Assembly (NCBI GenBank): GCA_964608845.1
Contig: CAZSPP010000008.1
Span: forward strand, 1 to 56,487
From: an uncultured archaeon
GTDB taxonomy: Archaea; Aenigmatarchaeota; Aenigmatarchaeia; GW2011-AR5; JAHLMP01
Reading direction: 5' to 3'
DNA: 56,487 nt
This document shows positions 16,418 to 25,485 of this stretch, one piece after another (position 1 is the stretch's first letter; each line of letters begins with the position of its first letter). Both the position numbers and the translations under genes were made by a program. The notes under the pieces were generated by a model, which saw only the letters and a program-made list of their open reading frames with translations, had not been told where the DNA came from and did no database searches.

Positions 16418-17509
16418 ATGATAATTTCAGCTCCCGGAAAGATTTTTTTAGCAGGAGAGTGGGCAATATTAGAGTTAGGAAGCCCAGGAATAGTTGCCGC
16501 TATTGATAAAAGAGTTTTTGTTGAAATTGAAAAATCAGAAAAATTCTTATTCACTTTCAAAGATAAGAAAATAAAAAATTTAGAGGCAATTTTTAACGGA
16601 AATGAGCTCATTTTTTCTAAATTAACAGAAGAAGAAAAAGAATATATAAAATTTGTTAAAAGTGCTGTGGAAATCACATTGAAATACTTAGGTACCAAAC
16701 AACCATTAAAAATAAAAACTTGGAGTAAGGGTATAAGAAAAAATGAAATTAAGATAGGATTCGGGTCTTCTGCTGCTATTAGCGTTGCTGTGGTAGCAGG
16801 AATTCTTAAAATAAATGGGTATGATATAAGAAAAGAAAAAACAAAAGAGATTATTTATAAATTATCAACAATTTCACACTTTTTTGCTCAGAAAAAACTT
16901 GGCTCGGGTTTTGATATTGCTGCATCAACATATGGAGGAATTATTTTATATTATAGATTTGATTCAGATTGGCTAATCAAGAAAATTGAAAGTTTTGGAA
17001 TAAGAGAAGCAGTAAATGAAAATTGGCCTTATCTTAAAGTAGAAAAACTGAAAATTCCAAAAGGGTTTAATCTTATTGTCGGATGGACTGGAAAGGAAGC
17101 AAAAACAAGTGAATTAATAAAAAAGATGAATGATTGGAAAAGAGGTAATAAAGAAATTTATGATAAAATTATGAATAACATAAAAGAAAATGTTGAAAAT
17201 CTTATTACCGCATGGAAGAAATCTAACAGAAAAAAGATAATAGAGCTTTTAAGAAAAAACGAGGAATATTTAAGAGATCTGACAGAAAAATCAGGAATAG
17301 AAATAGAAACAGAAAAATTAAGAATTCTTTCAGAAATAGCAAATTCTTATAATGCTGCAGGAAAGCTTAGTGGAGCAGGAGGAGGGGATTGCGGAATAGC
17401 AATATCCTTTAATAAAAAAATAGCAGAAAAAATAAAAAAAGAATGGAAAAAGAATGGAATTATTCCTTTAAATGTAAAGATTGATAAAAAAGGAGTTTGC
17501 GAATTTTGA
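16418..17509 (+). CDS. mvaK2: phosphomevalonate kinase (ERG8/MvaK2 type GHMP kinase)
   Basis: SAPGKIFLAGEWAILE, GFGSSAA, LIVGWTGKEA and SGAGGGDCGIAISF match bacterial MvaK2. Confidence 0.85.
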   Translation: MIISAPGKIFLAGEWAILELGSPGIVAAIDKRVFVEIEKSEKFLFTFKDKKIKNLEAIFNGNELIFSKLTEEEKEYIKFVKSAVEITLKYLGTKQPLKIKTWSKGIRKNEIKIGFGSSAAISVAVVAGILKINGYDIRKEKTKEIIYKLSTISHFFAQKKLGSGFDIAASTYGGIILYYRFDSDWLIKKIESFGIREAVNENWPYLKVEKLKIPKGFNLIVGWTGKEAKTSELIKKMNDWKRGNKEIYDKIMNNIKENVENLITAWKKSNRKKIIELLRKNEEYLRDLTEKSGIEIETEKLRILSEIANSYNAAGKLSGAGGGDCGIAISFNKKIAEKIKKEWKKNGIIPLNVKIDKKGVCEF

Positions 17510-17525
17510 AAATTTTCTATTAAAA

Positions 17526-18251
17526 TTATAGCTCAATGAAAAATACAACAGGATCCTTTTCTCCGTTTATTCTTGTTTCTATAACTGATATCCAACCATC
17601 ATAAAATGGCCCGGGATTTATTAAATGTGTTTTATCTCTTGATAAAGGATATACAGATCCATTTTTAGGTTCATATATTTCTATTCCTTGAGAATTTTGA
17701 CAAACATAAGTAGGAGAATGATCATGACCTCTAATCATTAGTTTGTAACCCCGCCTTTCCATTACTCTAAAATTTTTTTGATAATCTTCTTCTGTTTTTA
17801 GCCTTCCGAATAAATTAAATAAACACTGATCTCCTGAGCAATCTGGAAGATCTGATAAATCTCCTCTATATGCTCCATGCATTATTACTGCAGGATATCT
17901 TGTTTTAAATCTTTCTTTGTCAATAAAAATTCCAGTTCTATAACCATTGGGTGTAACTAAATTATCGAGATATTCTTTTGCAATCTTGTCATTCATCCAT
18001 TCATTATAAATTTTAGAATTTTTTTGGTTAGTAAAAATCCTATAATCCTCATCTCCAGGTACTTTAATACTCTCTTTCCCTTTTCTACGAAATTCTCTTT
18101 CTATAGGTATGAATTGATGAACCGTTGCTCTACTACCAAAATCACCTAAGCATATGATGGTGTCAGGATTTATATCTTCTAGATATCTTCTTAATTCTTT
18201 TAGAGATGCTCCGTGAAAGTCTCCAACTATTACGTATCTCATTTTTATCAA
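17526..18251 (-). CDS. calcineurin-like metallophosphoesterase
   Basis: VIVGDFHG, CLGDFGS and IRGHDH motifs. Confidence 0.7.
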   Translation of the reverse strand: MIKMRYVIVGDFHGASLKELRRYLEDINPDTIICLGDFGSRATVHQFIPIEREFRRKGKESIKVPGDEDYRIFTNQKNSKIYNEWMNDKIAKEYLDNLVTPNGYRTGIFIDKERFKTRYPAVIMHGAYRGDLSDLPDCSGDQCLFNLFGRLKTEEDYQKNFRVMERRGYKLMIRGHDHSPTYVCQNSQGIEIYEPKNGSVYPLSRDKTHLINPGPFYDGWISVIETRINGEKDPVVFFIEL

Positions 18252-18548
18252 TTTCAGTACAAACTTAGTTTGTCACTTTTCTTCAATGAAAAATTTATTT
18301 TTGTTTTTAAATATATTTAAATCTTACTGCTAAACAAACGAGTGAGCAAGATGGCAAAAATTACCAAGACGTTAAAAATTTCTTTGGATTAATAATTGGT
18401 TCTTTTATCCTATCTTAGGTTTAGGAATAGGATTAATGGCTCACTATTTTGGTGCAATTAAATGGATAGAAGAACTCAAAAAAGCTGAAGCATAATATAT
18501 AGCAAAAGAGAAAAAGAAAAGATAAATATAAAGCAAATTAACCAAAAA

Positions 18549-18761
18549 TCATTTCCAACCCTTTATTTCTAATGCAAGCTCTATGTCCTTTTCTTTTATC
18601 GTATTTCTTTCTGCATGTGATGCTATTTTTTGTGCTGTTATAGCAATTTCCATCGCATATTCTTCTAATATTTCTTTAAGCTCCTCTAAAGCATCTTTTG
18701 AAATCCTTTTAATCCCAGCCTTTTTTGCAATCTTTTCACATGCAAGTAATGAAATACTCAT
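18549..18761 (-). CDS. archaeal histone (HMf family)
   Basis: 70 aa from the ATG at 18761. ...IAKKAGIKRISKDALEELKEILEEYAMEIAITAQKIASHAERNTIKEKDIELAL has the histone-fold pattern. Confidence 0.85.
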   Translation of the reverse strand: MSISLLACEKIAKKAGIKRISKDALEELKEILEEYAMEIAITAQKIASHAERNTIKEKDIELALEIKGWK

Positions 18762-18908
18762 TCTAATCACAGCAAAATTATATACTTTATTATATATATA
18801 ACTAGACAGAAAATTTTAAATATAAAAAAATCCAAACTTATATCTACGTAAATCGCATTTTATGATTATCTTATGGTGGTAAATTTTAAAAAGTTAGGTT
18901 AGTTTGTT

Positions 18909-19904
18909 ATGAAAAAGAAAAAGAGCAAATCTGAAAAAAAAGAAGAAAAATCAAAGAAAGCTTTTTCTGGCCCAACATGTACAGAGTGTGGATCTACAGA
19001 CATATACGAAGATGAAAATAGAGGAGAAATGATATGCTCAAAATGTGGAGCTGTTTTAAATGAGGATATGATAGACACAACACAAGAGTGGAGAGCATTT
19101 GATAGTGAGCAAATGTCAAGAAGAAGCAGAACAGGAGCTCCTTTAACCTATAGAAGACATGATAAAGGATTAACAACAGAAATAGGAAGAGGAGTAACAG
19201 AGCTTTTTAAAGTCCCTGCTAAGAAAAGGGGTCAGTATTTTAGGTTAAGAAAATGGCAAAAAAGATTAATAACATCAAAGGATAGAAACCTTTCATTTGC
19301 CTTAGGTGAATTAGAAAGACTAATATCCTTCTTAGGATTACCGAAAACACTTCATGAAGAGGTTTCCGAGCTTTATGAAAAGGCGTTGCAAAAAGGTTTA
19401 GTAAGAGGAAGATCAATAGAATCTATAATAGCTGCTTTAGTTTATGCTTTGTCAAGAGAATACAAAACTCCGAGAACATTAGCAGAAATAGCACAAGCGA
19501 GCGGAATACCTAAGAGAGAGCTCGGAAGAACTTATAGATATATTTCAAGAAGGCTTAAGATGAGGATAGTGCCAGCAACAGCAGAATCTTATATCCCAAG
19601 ATTCACATCTCTTTTAAAACTCAAAGATAGCACAGAGGTTAAAGCTATACAAATATTAAGAAAGGCTATGGAGAAAGAGGTAATTTCTGGTAAAGGTCCT
19701 TGTGGTTGTGCAGCAGCTGCAATTTATATAGCTTCTGTGCTTAATGGAGAAAGAAGAACGCAAAGAGAGATTGCTGATGTAGTTGGTGTAACAGAGGTAA
19801 CAATAAGAAATAGATATAAAGAGATAGCACAAGCCTTAGGAATAGAAGAAGAGGTTGAAAGAAAAGCTAAGGAGCTTGAAGAAAAGGAAGAGAAAAAGGC
19901 GTAA
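18909..19904 (+). CDS. tfb: transcription initiation factor TFB
   Basis: Zn ribbon CTECGSTDIYEDENRGEMICSKCG, a B-reader/linker and two cyclin-like repeats. Both termini carry K/E-rich tails. Confidence 0.9.
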   Translation: MKKKKSKSEKKEEKSKKAFSGPTCTECGSTDIYEDENRGEMICSKCGAVLNEDMIDTTQEWRAFDSEQMSRRSRTGAPLTYRRHDKGLTTEIGRGVTELFKVPAKKRGQYFRLRKWQKRLITSKDRNLSFALGELERLISFLGLPKTLHEEVSELYEKALQKGLVRGRSIESIIAALVYALSREYKTPRTLAEIAQASGIPKRELGRTYRYISRRLKMRIVPATAESYIPRFTSLLKLKDSTEVKAIQILRKAMEKEVISGKGPCGCAAAAIYIASVLNGERRTQREIADVVGVTEVTIRNRYKEIAQALGIEEEVERKAKELEEKEEKKA

Positions 19905-20123
19905 AATATTTTTCAAGGCAAAAACACTTCAAATACAAACACTTTCTATTGGTTTTGAAAGTGATGAATTTGAAGATGATTTAAAAGAATGATTGCAAAC
20001 TTTGGCAAAAAATATTTTAGTTAGAATAAAAAAATTAAATAATTTAGCAGCAAAAAACCTATTTCTAAATTTGATTTTCTCAATTTGAATTTCTTATTCT
20101 TTTCTGAACATTTTTTATTTAGT

Positions 20124-21533
20124 ATGAGCTTTGAAAAGCTTGATATAAAAGAAGAGTTTGATTTGAGTAAGATTGAGATAAAAGAGCCTACAGAAGAGGA
20201 AATAATCTCCTATTATTCAAGAAAGGACATCCTAAAAGAAATGATTAAAATTGGAAATAATAGAGAATTTGTCGGTGCTTTTAGAAACGGAGCATACAGC
20301 AAAAGGCCATCTGTTATACAATATGAAAATGATATAATAGAAATGGTTAAAAATGGAGTTATATCGTTTCATTGCTCTGTTGAAAGATGGAAAAATCCTA
20401 TGCTACTTTCTACTGACATAAAAAATTATGATGAAATTAGAATAGGCTTTGATTTTATAATTGATATAGATTCAAAAATAGGCATAGAAGCTGGTATGAT
20501 TTGTGCTCAACTGGTTTGCGATCTTCTGAAAAAATATAATATAAAAAGTTATGGAGTAAAATTTTCTGGTTCACGGGGCTTTCATATTATTTTGCCTTTT
20601 GAAGCATTTCCGAAAGAAATAGATTTTGAAAATATAGCCAAGCAATATCCTAAAATTCCTAGAATACTCTCAGAATTCATAAGAGAAAAGATTAAAGATG
20701 AGTTATTAGAAAGGCTTGTTGAAAGATATACAATGAAAAATCTTTTAGAAATTACAAAGTCTCAAACATTAGATCCTTATAATTGGGTTGAAATAGAAAA
20801 AGGTTGGGGAGAAAGGCATTTATTTAGGGTTCCATATTCAATAAATGAAAAAACTTGGTTAATATCTGTGCCAATAGAAGAGCCAAAAAGTTTTAATTTA
20901 AAAATGGCAGTAATGAGTAATGTAAGGATTAATGCCGAATTCTTTAAAATTCCTAATAAAGAGGAAGCAGAGGATCTTTTGTTAGATGCTATTGAGTGGA
21001 AAGCATCAATAGAAGATAAAGAAAAAAGGATTAGAGAAATTAAGAAAAGGTTAATAGAAGATAAAATAAAAGCAAAGATCCCCGAACAAAACTTTCCACC
21101 ATGCATAAAAAAGATACTTGCTGGATTGTATGATGGTAAAAAGAGAAGTACTTTCACATTAATAAGCTTTCTAAGAGAGATGAATTGGTCAAGAGAAGAG
21201 ATAGAAGAAAGATTAGAGGAATGGAATAAGAAGAATGTTCCGCCACTCCCAACAAGCTTTATATTAGGACAAATAAATTGGAATTTTAGAAGAGAAAAAA
21301 TCTATCCTGCAAGCTGTGATAGCGATCTTTTTTATAAAAGCATTGGAATCTGCGAACCAGATGAAATATGCAAAAATATAAAGAATCCGATGGCATATCC
21401 GCTTAAAAAAATGAAAATAAACAAAAAAGAGGAAAAGGAAAGATTCTTCTGCAGATTATGTAACAGAGAATTCAAAAATGAAAAAGGTTTAAAAATGCAT
21501 CAGATAAGATTTCATAAGGATGAAGTTATTTAA
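20124..21533 (+). CDS. priSL: fused DNA primase PriS (catalytic) plus PriL C-terminal Fe-S domain plus C-terminal C2H2 zinc finger
   Basis: PriS motifs DFIIDIDS and FSGSRGFHI. PriL-CTD motif FPPCIKKILAGL...STFTLISFL plus further Cys residues (ASC, GIC, EIC). The terminal finger is CRLCNREFKNEKGLKMHQIRFH. Confidence 0.85.
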   Translation: MSFEKLDIKEEFDLSKIEIKEPTEEEIISYYSRKDILKEMIKIGNNREFVGAFRNGAYSKRPSVIQYENDIIEMVKNGVISFHCSVERWKNPMLLSTDIKNYDEIRIGFDFIIDIDSKIGIEAGMICAQLVCDLLKKYNIKSYGVKFSGSRGFHIILPFEAFPKEIDFENIAKQYPKIPRILSEFIREKIKDELLERLVERYTMKNLLEITKSQTLDPYNWVEIEKGWGERHLFRVPYSINEKTWLISVPIEEPKSFNLKMAVMSNVRINAEFFKIPNKEEAEDLLLDAIEWKASIEDKEKRIREIKKRLIEDKIKAKIPEQNFPPCIKKILAGLYDGKKRSTFTLISFLREMNWSREEIEERLEEWNKKNVPPLPTSFILGQINWNFRREKIYPASCDSDLFYKSIGICEPDEICKNIKNPMAYPLKKMKINKKEEKERFFCRLCNREFKNEKGLKMHQIRFHKDEVI

Positions 21534-21548
21534 CTTTTCGTGATTTAA

Positions 21549-22052
21549 ATGATTCTGACATTTGAAAAAATAAGGGCCCTTCAATGGAAAGAAAAGAATG
21601 AGAAAAAGCTCCAAGAATTGCCGGAGAATTTTTATGAAGAACTTCGAGAATATGTTGAAAAGAGCAAACAAGATAATGCTATACTTGTTGCAAAGGATCT
21701 TATAGATACCCGAAGTAGAAAAATTTTTGATGCAGTTATAAATTATTTTAAAACAAAGGAAATACCTGTTAACATGACAAAGGAGGAAAAGGAAATGTTT
21801 TATACGGTTTTGGAAATATTTTCAAACTTCAGGGAATCTTTATTTAAAGAATTTATCCATCAAAAAGAAAAAATAGAAGAGAAAAAAGAAGAGGTCAAGG
21901 AAAGCGGTTTTGTAATAATTACTGAAAATTTGCCATGCTTCATAGGTCCAGATTTAAAAGCATATGAACTTAAAAAGAATGATAAAGTATTTTTACCAGA
22001 AGATTTAAAGAGTTTATTGCTAAAATATGGTTATTGCAAAAAGATGGAGTGA
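21549..22052 (+). CDS. gins51: GINS subunit (Gins51/Gins15-like)
   Basis: N-terminal ...[16 protein letters not shown]... pattern, size 167 aa, and the priS-gins15 adjacency known in archaea. Confidence 0.55.
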   Translation: MILTFEKIRALQWKEKNEKKLQELPENFYEELREYVEKSKQDNAILVAKDLIDTRSRKIFDAVINYFKTKEIPVNMTKEEKEMFYTVLEIFSNFRESLFKEFIHQKEKIEEKKEEVKESGFVIITENLPCFIGPDLKAYELKKNDKVFLPEDLKSLLLKYGYCKKME

Positions 22053-22057
22053 AAAAT

Positions 22058-22336
22058 ATGAAAGCCCCAAAAGAACAAAGAAGATTTTGTCCATTTTGCA
22101 AAAAATATACAGAACATAAAGTAGAGATAGCTAAAAAAAGGCCAAGAAGCAAGAATTCAAAATCACAAAGAAGCTTTGAAAGAAAATTGAAAGGATACGG
22201 CTCATTCCCGAAGCCTAATCCGACCGGTAGAGAAAAGCCCACGAAAAAATTGGACTTGAGATATAAATGCACAGAATGTGGAAAAATGCATCCTATAGGT
22301 AAAGGGTTTAGAGTAAAAAAGTTTGAACTAAAGTAA
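22058..22336 (+). CDS. rpl44e: 50S ribosomal protein L44e (eL42)
   Basis: [22 protein letters not shown]...[12 protein letters not shown] zinc ribbon. The ATG at 22058 is preferred. Confidence 0.88.
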   Translation: MKAPKEQRRFCPFCKKYTEHKVEIAKKRPRSKNSKSQRSFERKLKGYGSFPKPNPTGREKPTKKLDLRYKCTECGKMHPIGKGFRVKKFELK

Positions 22337-22351
22337 TTCTGAGGTTTGGTT

Positions 22352-24436
22352 ATGAGCTATACGCTTATAATTACAGAAAAGCCAACAGCAGCAAAAACAA
22401 TTGCAAAAGCTTTGGCTGATAGTGAAATCAAAGAATATGAAAAAAATGGAGCAAAATATTATGAAATAACCAGAGAAGGAAAAAGATTTGTGATCGCTCC
22501 TGCTGCCGGACATCTTTTTATGTTGAAACAGAAGTCAAAAGGATGGGATTATCCCAGGTTTGATGTTGAATGGGTACCGAGTCATAAATTCCCCTCTTCT
22601 CGGTTCTCTGAAAAATTTTATAAGAATATAGAAGAATTAGCAAAAAATGCTTCTGATTTTATTATAGCTACCGACTATGATGAAGAAGGGGAGGTAATAG
22701 GTGCAAATATTTTAAAATTTTTATGTAAAAGAGAAAATGCAAAAAGAATGAAATTCTCTACAATGACAAAAGAAGAGCTTATTGAAAGTTTTAAGAACAT
22801 GAGTGATAGCCTTGATAAAAATTTGGTGGAAGCGGGATATACAAGGCACATGCTAGATTGGTATTTCGGCATAAATCTTACAAGAGCATTAACAAACTCT
22901 ATAAAATCTGTTGGAGAAAGATTTAGGATTATATCTACTGGAAGAGTTCAAGGACCAACGCTTTATCTATTAGCAAAACATGAAAAAAAGATAAAAGAGT
23001 TTAAACCAACCCCCTATTGGGAAATTAAACTAAAATTAAATATAAGTGGAAAGGAGTTTATAGCCTCTTATGAAAAGGATAAAATATGGATTAAAGAAGA
23101 TGCTTATAATCTCGAGAAAAAATTGAAAGAATGTAAGGAAGCAGTTATAGAGAATATTAGCAAAAAGGTTATAAAACAAAATCCGCCAAAACCATATAAT
23201 ACCACATCATTGCTTGCAGATATAAACAGATATTTCGGCTATTCTCCTACTCAAGGAATGCAGATCGCAGAATCTTTATATCAGGCAGGATATATAAGCT
23301 ATCCAAGAACTTCTAGTGAGAAATTACCTTCAGATATAGATTATAAAAAGATTTTGAAAAGCCTTTCTAAGATCCAAAAATATAATAAGCTTACTTCTTT
23401 TCTTTTAAGTAAGGAAGAATTAAAACCGAATGAAGGAAAGAAAACAGATCCTGCTCATCCAGCAATTTATCCAACTCACGAAATTCCGAAAAAGCTAGGA
23501 GAAAAGCAACAAAAGGTTTATGATTTGATTGTTCATCGCTTTTTTGCTGTTTTCGGAGAACCTGCAAAGAGAGAGAGCCAGAAAATCTTACTAAATGTTA
23601 ATGGTGAAAGATTTATTGTGAATGGAATAAAAACGTTAGATCCGGGATGGACTGCTTTATATGGTCCATATGCAGAAAGAGAAGAAAATCCTTTACCTGA
23701 CTTAAGCGTTGGAGAAAAGATAAAAATAAAAGAGGTTATAAAGGAAGAGAAAGAAACATCACCTCCTCAAAGATTTTCTCAAGGTTCTATATTAAAAGAG
23801 ATGGAAAAACGCGGATTAGGAACAAAAGCTACGCGACCAATAATATTACAAATTTTGTATAACAGAGGATATTTAGTAGGAAAATCTATAGAGGTTACAG
23901 ATTTAGGAATAAAACTTTCAGAGATTTTAGAGAAAAATGTGAAAGACATAGTTTCAGAAAAACTTACAAGACATTTTGAAAATGAGTGTGATTTAGTAGA
24001 GAAAGGAAAGAAAAAAAGGGAAGAGGTTTTAAATGAAGCAAAAGAAACCCTAGAAAAGATTTTAAGTAAAATGAAAAAGATTGAAAGCAAGATAGGCAAA
24101 GAGCTTACAGAATCTGTTATAGCTTCACAAGAAAAACAATCTATAATCGGAAAATGTACAAAATGTGAAGGAACTTTAAAAGTTTTTAAAATATGGAAAA
24201 CAGGAACAAGATTTGTAGGTTGCTCAAATTATAAAAAAGGATGTACAGTTTCTTATCCACTTCCAAGAGAAGGTAACATAATGCCAACAGGAAAGACTTG
24301 TGAGCAATGTAATACACCAATAATACAAGTAATAAGACAAGGTTCAAGACCTTTTAGAATGTGTCTTGATCTGAATTGTCCAACTAAAAAGGATTGGATT
24401 GATAAAAATAAGATAAACAAAAAAAGTAAAAAATAA
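22352..24436 (+). CDS. topA: DNA topoisomerase IA
   Basis: TOPRIM domain (LIITEKPTAAKTIAKAL, DYDEEGE), the active-site region SYPRTSS, and C-terminal Zn-ribbon modules. Confidence 0.88.
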   Translation: MSYTLIITEKPTAAKTIAKALADSEIKEYEKNGAKYYEITREGKRFVIAPAAGHLFMLKQKSKGWDYPRFDVEWVPSHKFPSSRFSEKFYKNIEELAKNASDFIIATDYDEEGEVIGANILKFLCKRENAKRMKFSTMTKEELIESFKNMSDSLDKNLVEAGYTRHMLDWYFGINLTRALTNSIKSVGERFRIISTGRVQGPTLYLLAKHEKKIKEFKPTPYWEIKLKLNISGKEFIASYEKDKIWIKEDAYNLEKKLKECKEAVIENISKKVIKQNPPKPYNTTSLLADINRYFGYSPTQGMQIAESLYQAGYISYPRTSSEKLPSDIDYKKILKSLSKIQKYNKLTSFLLSKEELKPNEGKKTDPAHPAIYPTHEIPKKLGEKQQKVYDLIVHRFFAVFGEPAKRESQKILLNVNGERFIVNGIKTLDPGWTALYGPYAEREENPLPDLSVGEKIKIKEVIKEEKETSPPQRFSQGSILKEMEKRGLGTKATRPIILQILYNRGYLVGKSIEVTDLGIKLSEILEKNVKDIVSEKLTRHFENECDLVEKGKKKREEVLNEAKETLEKILSKMKKIESKIGKELTESVIASQEKQSIIGKCTKCEGTLKVFKIWKTGTRFVGCSNYKKGCTVSYPLPREGNIMPTGKTCEQCNTPIIQVIRQGSRPFRMCLDLNCPTKKDWIDKNKINKKSKK

Positions 24437-24498
24437 GTTTAAAAACTTTTGCAAAAATAAGTTTAGAAAATTTAATTATTCGTCTTCTAAAAATTTGG

Positions 24499-25485
24499 TT
24501 ATTCAAATTTTACTTTAAAGAGCTTTACTTCTCCTCCGAAATTCTTTACAAATTCAAAATGCTTTAATCCTGCTCCATTCAATAAAAACATTCTTGTAAA
24601 TAACGAATCTACAATTTCTTTTTGTATGTATATTATAAATTTTTTGTCTGGGCTAATCCAAATTGCTCCATCAATATCATATTTTTCATATGTCTTTTCT
24701 TTTATTGAATTTTGATCGAAATAAATTATTTTCTTTATCCTTGTAATATTTTCATTAATTTGTAGAAATGCTTCTAATTCATTTTCTTTTTCATAAATCA
24801 AAAATATTTCTTGTCTGCTCACCGGATATAAATAAAATGTTTTGTTTTCAATTTTTGTAGTACCTGTAAAATATATCGGAAGATAAAAATATTTTGTACC
24901 TGTTTTTGTTTTTGGCGACCATGTAGCAAAATAAGTCCACCACTGAGATTTTCCAAGTAAATCTTCAGAAGCTATATAATACATTGTATTGTTGCAATCA
25001 GGAATTAAATACCTTTTCAATATTTTTATCGCTTGTTCTTCACTATCTGTAAATAAAGTTGTTGCTATATCTTGAATTCTAGCGGTTGTTACATTTACAT
25101 ATTCTTTTCCATCTTTTGTAAACCTTTTTATTTTGAAATTTTCTATTCCTATGATATTTTTAATTTCCTCATCTGTTAAATTTCCTTCAATTGTTATAGT
25201 TCTTAAAGAGTTTTGAGAAGCCCCATCAAATACAACAGGCCTTTCAGCAATTCCTGTTATAAAGTGTCCAGGATCCCAATATGTTGCTATTACTGCACAT
25301 TTTGGAGTATTTTCTTTTATCCAATTGAGAGCAACCCACCAATTATCTGACAAAACAGTTCCTGAGTATAAAGATATTAAATAGCTTCGATAAAGAAAGA
25401 AACCTAAAATTGTGATAGTTAAGAATAAGGCTAATATTAAAAACACCCTCTCTTTATCTTCCATTGATATAATTTTTTCTTTCAT
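24499..25485 (-). CDS. aglB: oligosaccharyltransferase AglB/STT3, C-terminal part (last TM plus periplasmic domain)
   Basis: One TM, then NWIKENTPKCAVIATYWDPGHFITG, a variant of the WWDYG motif. Confidence 0.7.
   Translation of the reverse strand: MKEKIISMEDKERVFLILALFLTITILGFFLYRSYLISLYSGTVLSDNWWVALNWIKENTPKCAVIATYWDPGHFITGIAERPVVFDGASQNSLRTITIEGNLTDEEIKNIIGIENFKIKRFTKDGKEYVNVTTARIQDIATTLFTDSEEQAIKILKRYLIPDCNNTMYYIASEDLLGKSQWWTYFATWSPKTKTGTKYFYLPIYFTGTTKIENKTFYLYPVSRQEIFLIYEKENELEAFLQINENITRIKKIIYFDQNSIKEKTYEKYDIDGAIWISPDKKFIIYIQKEIVDSLFTRMFLLNGAGLKHFEFVKNFGGEVKLFKVKFE

Noticed and set aside
18351-18495. Short ORF MAKITKTLKISLD followed, in another frame, by a hydrophobic segment ending ...GAIKWIEELKKAEA. 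This could be a frameshifted small membrane protein.
   Set aside because: The pieces are too short, with no family signature and no usable start for the second piece. I cannot distinguish it from noise.
19955-20010. GTGATGA and GATGA strings that might be C and C' boxes of a C/D box sRNA in the tfb-primase spacer.
   Set aside because: No CTGA D or D' boxes lie at the required spacing of about 12 nt, and no terminal stem is present.
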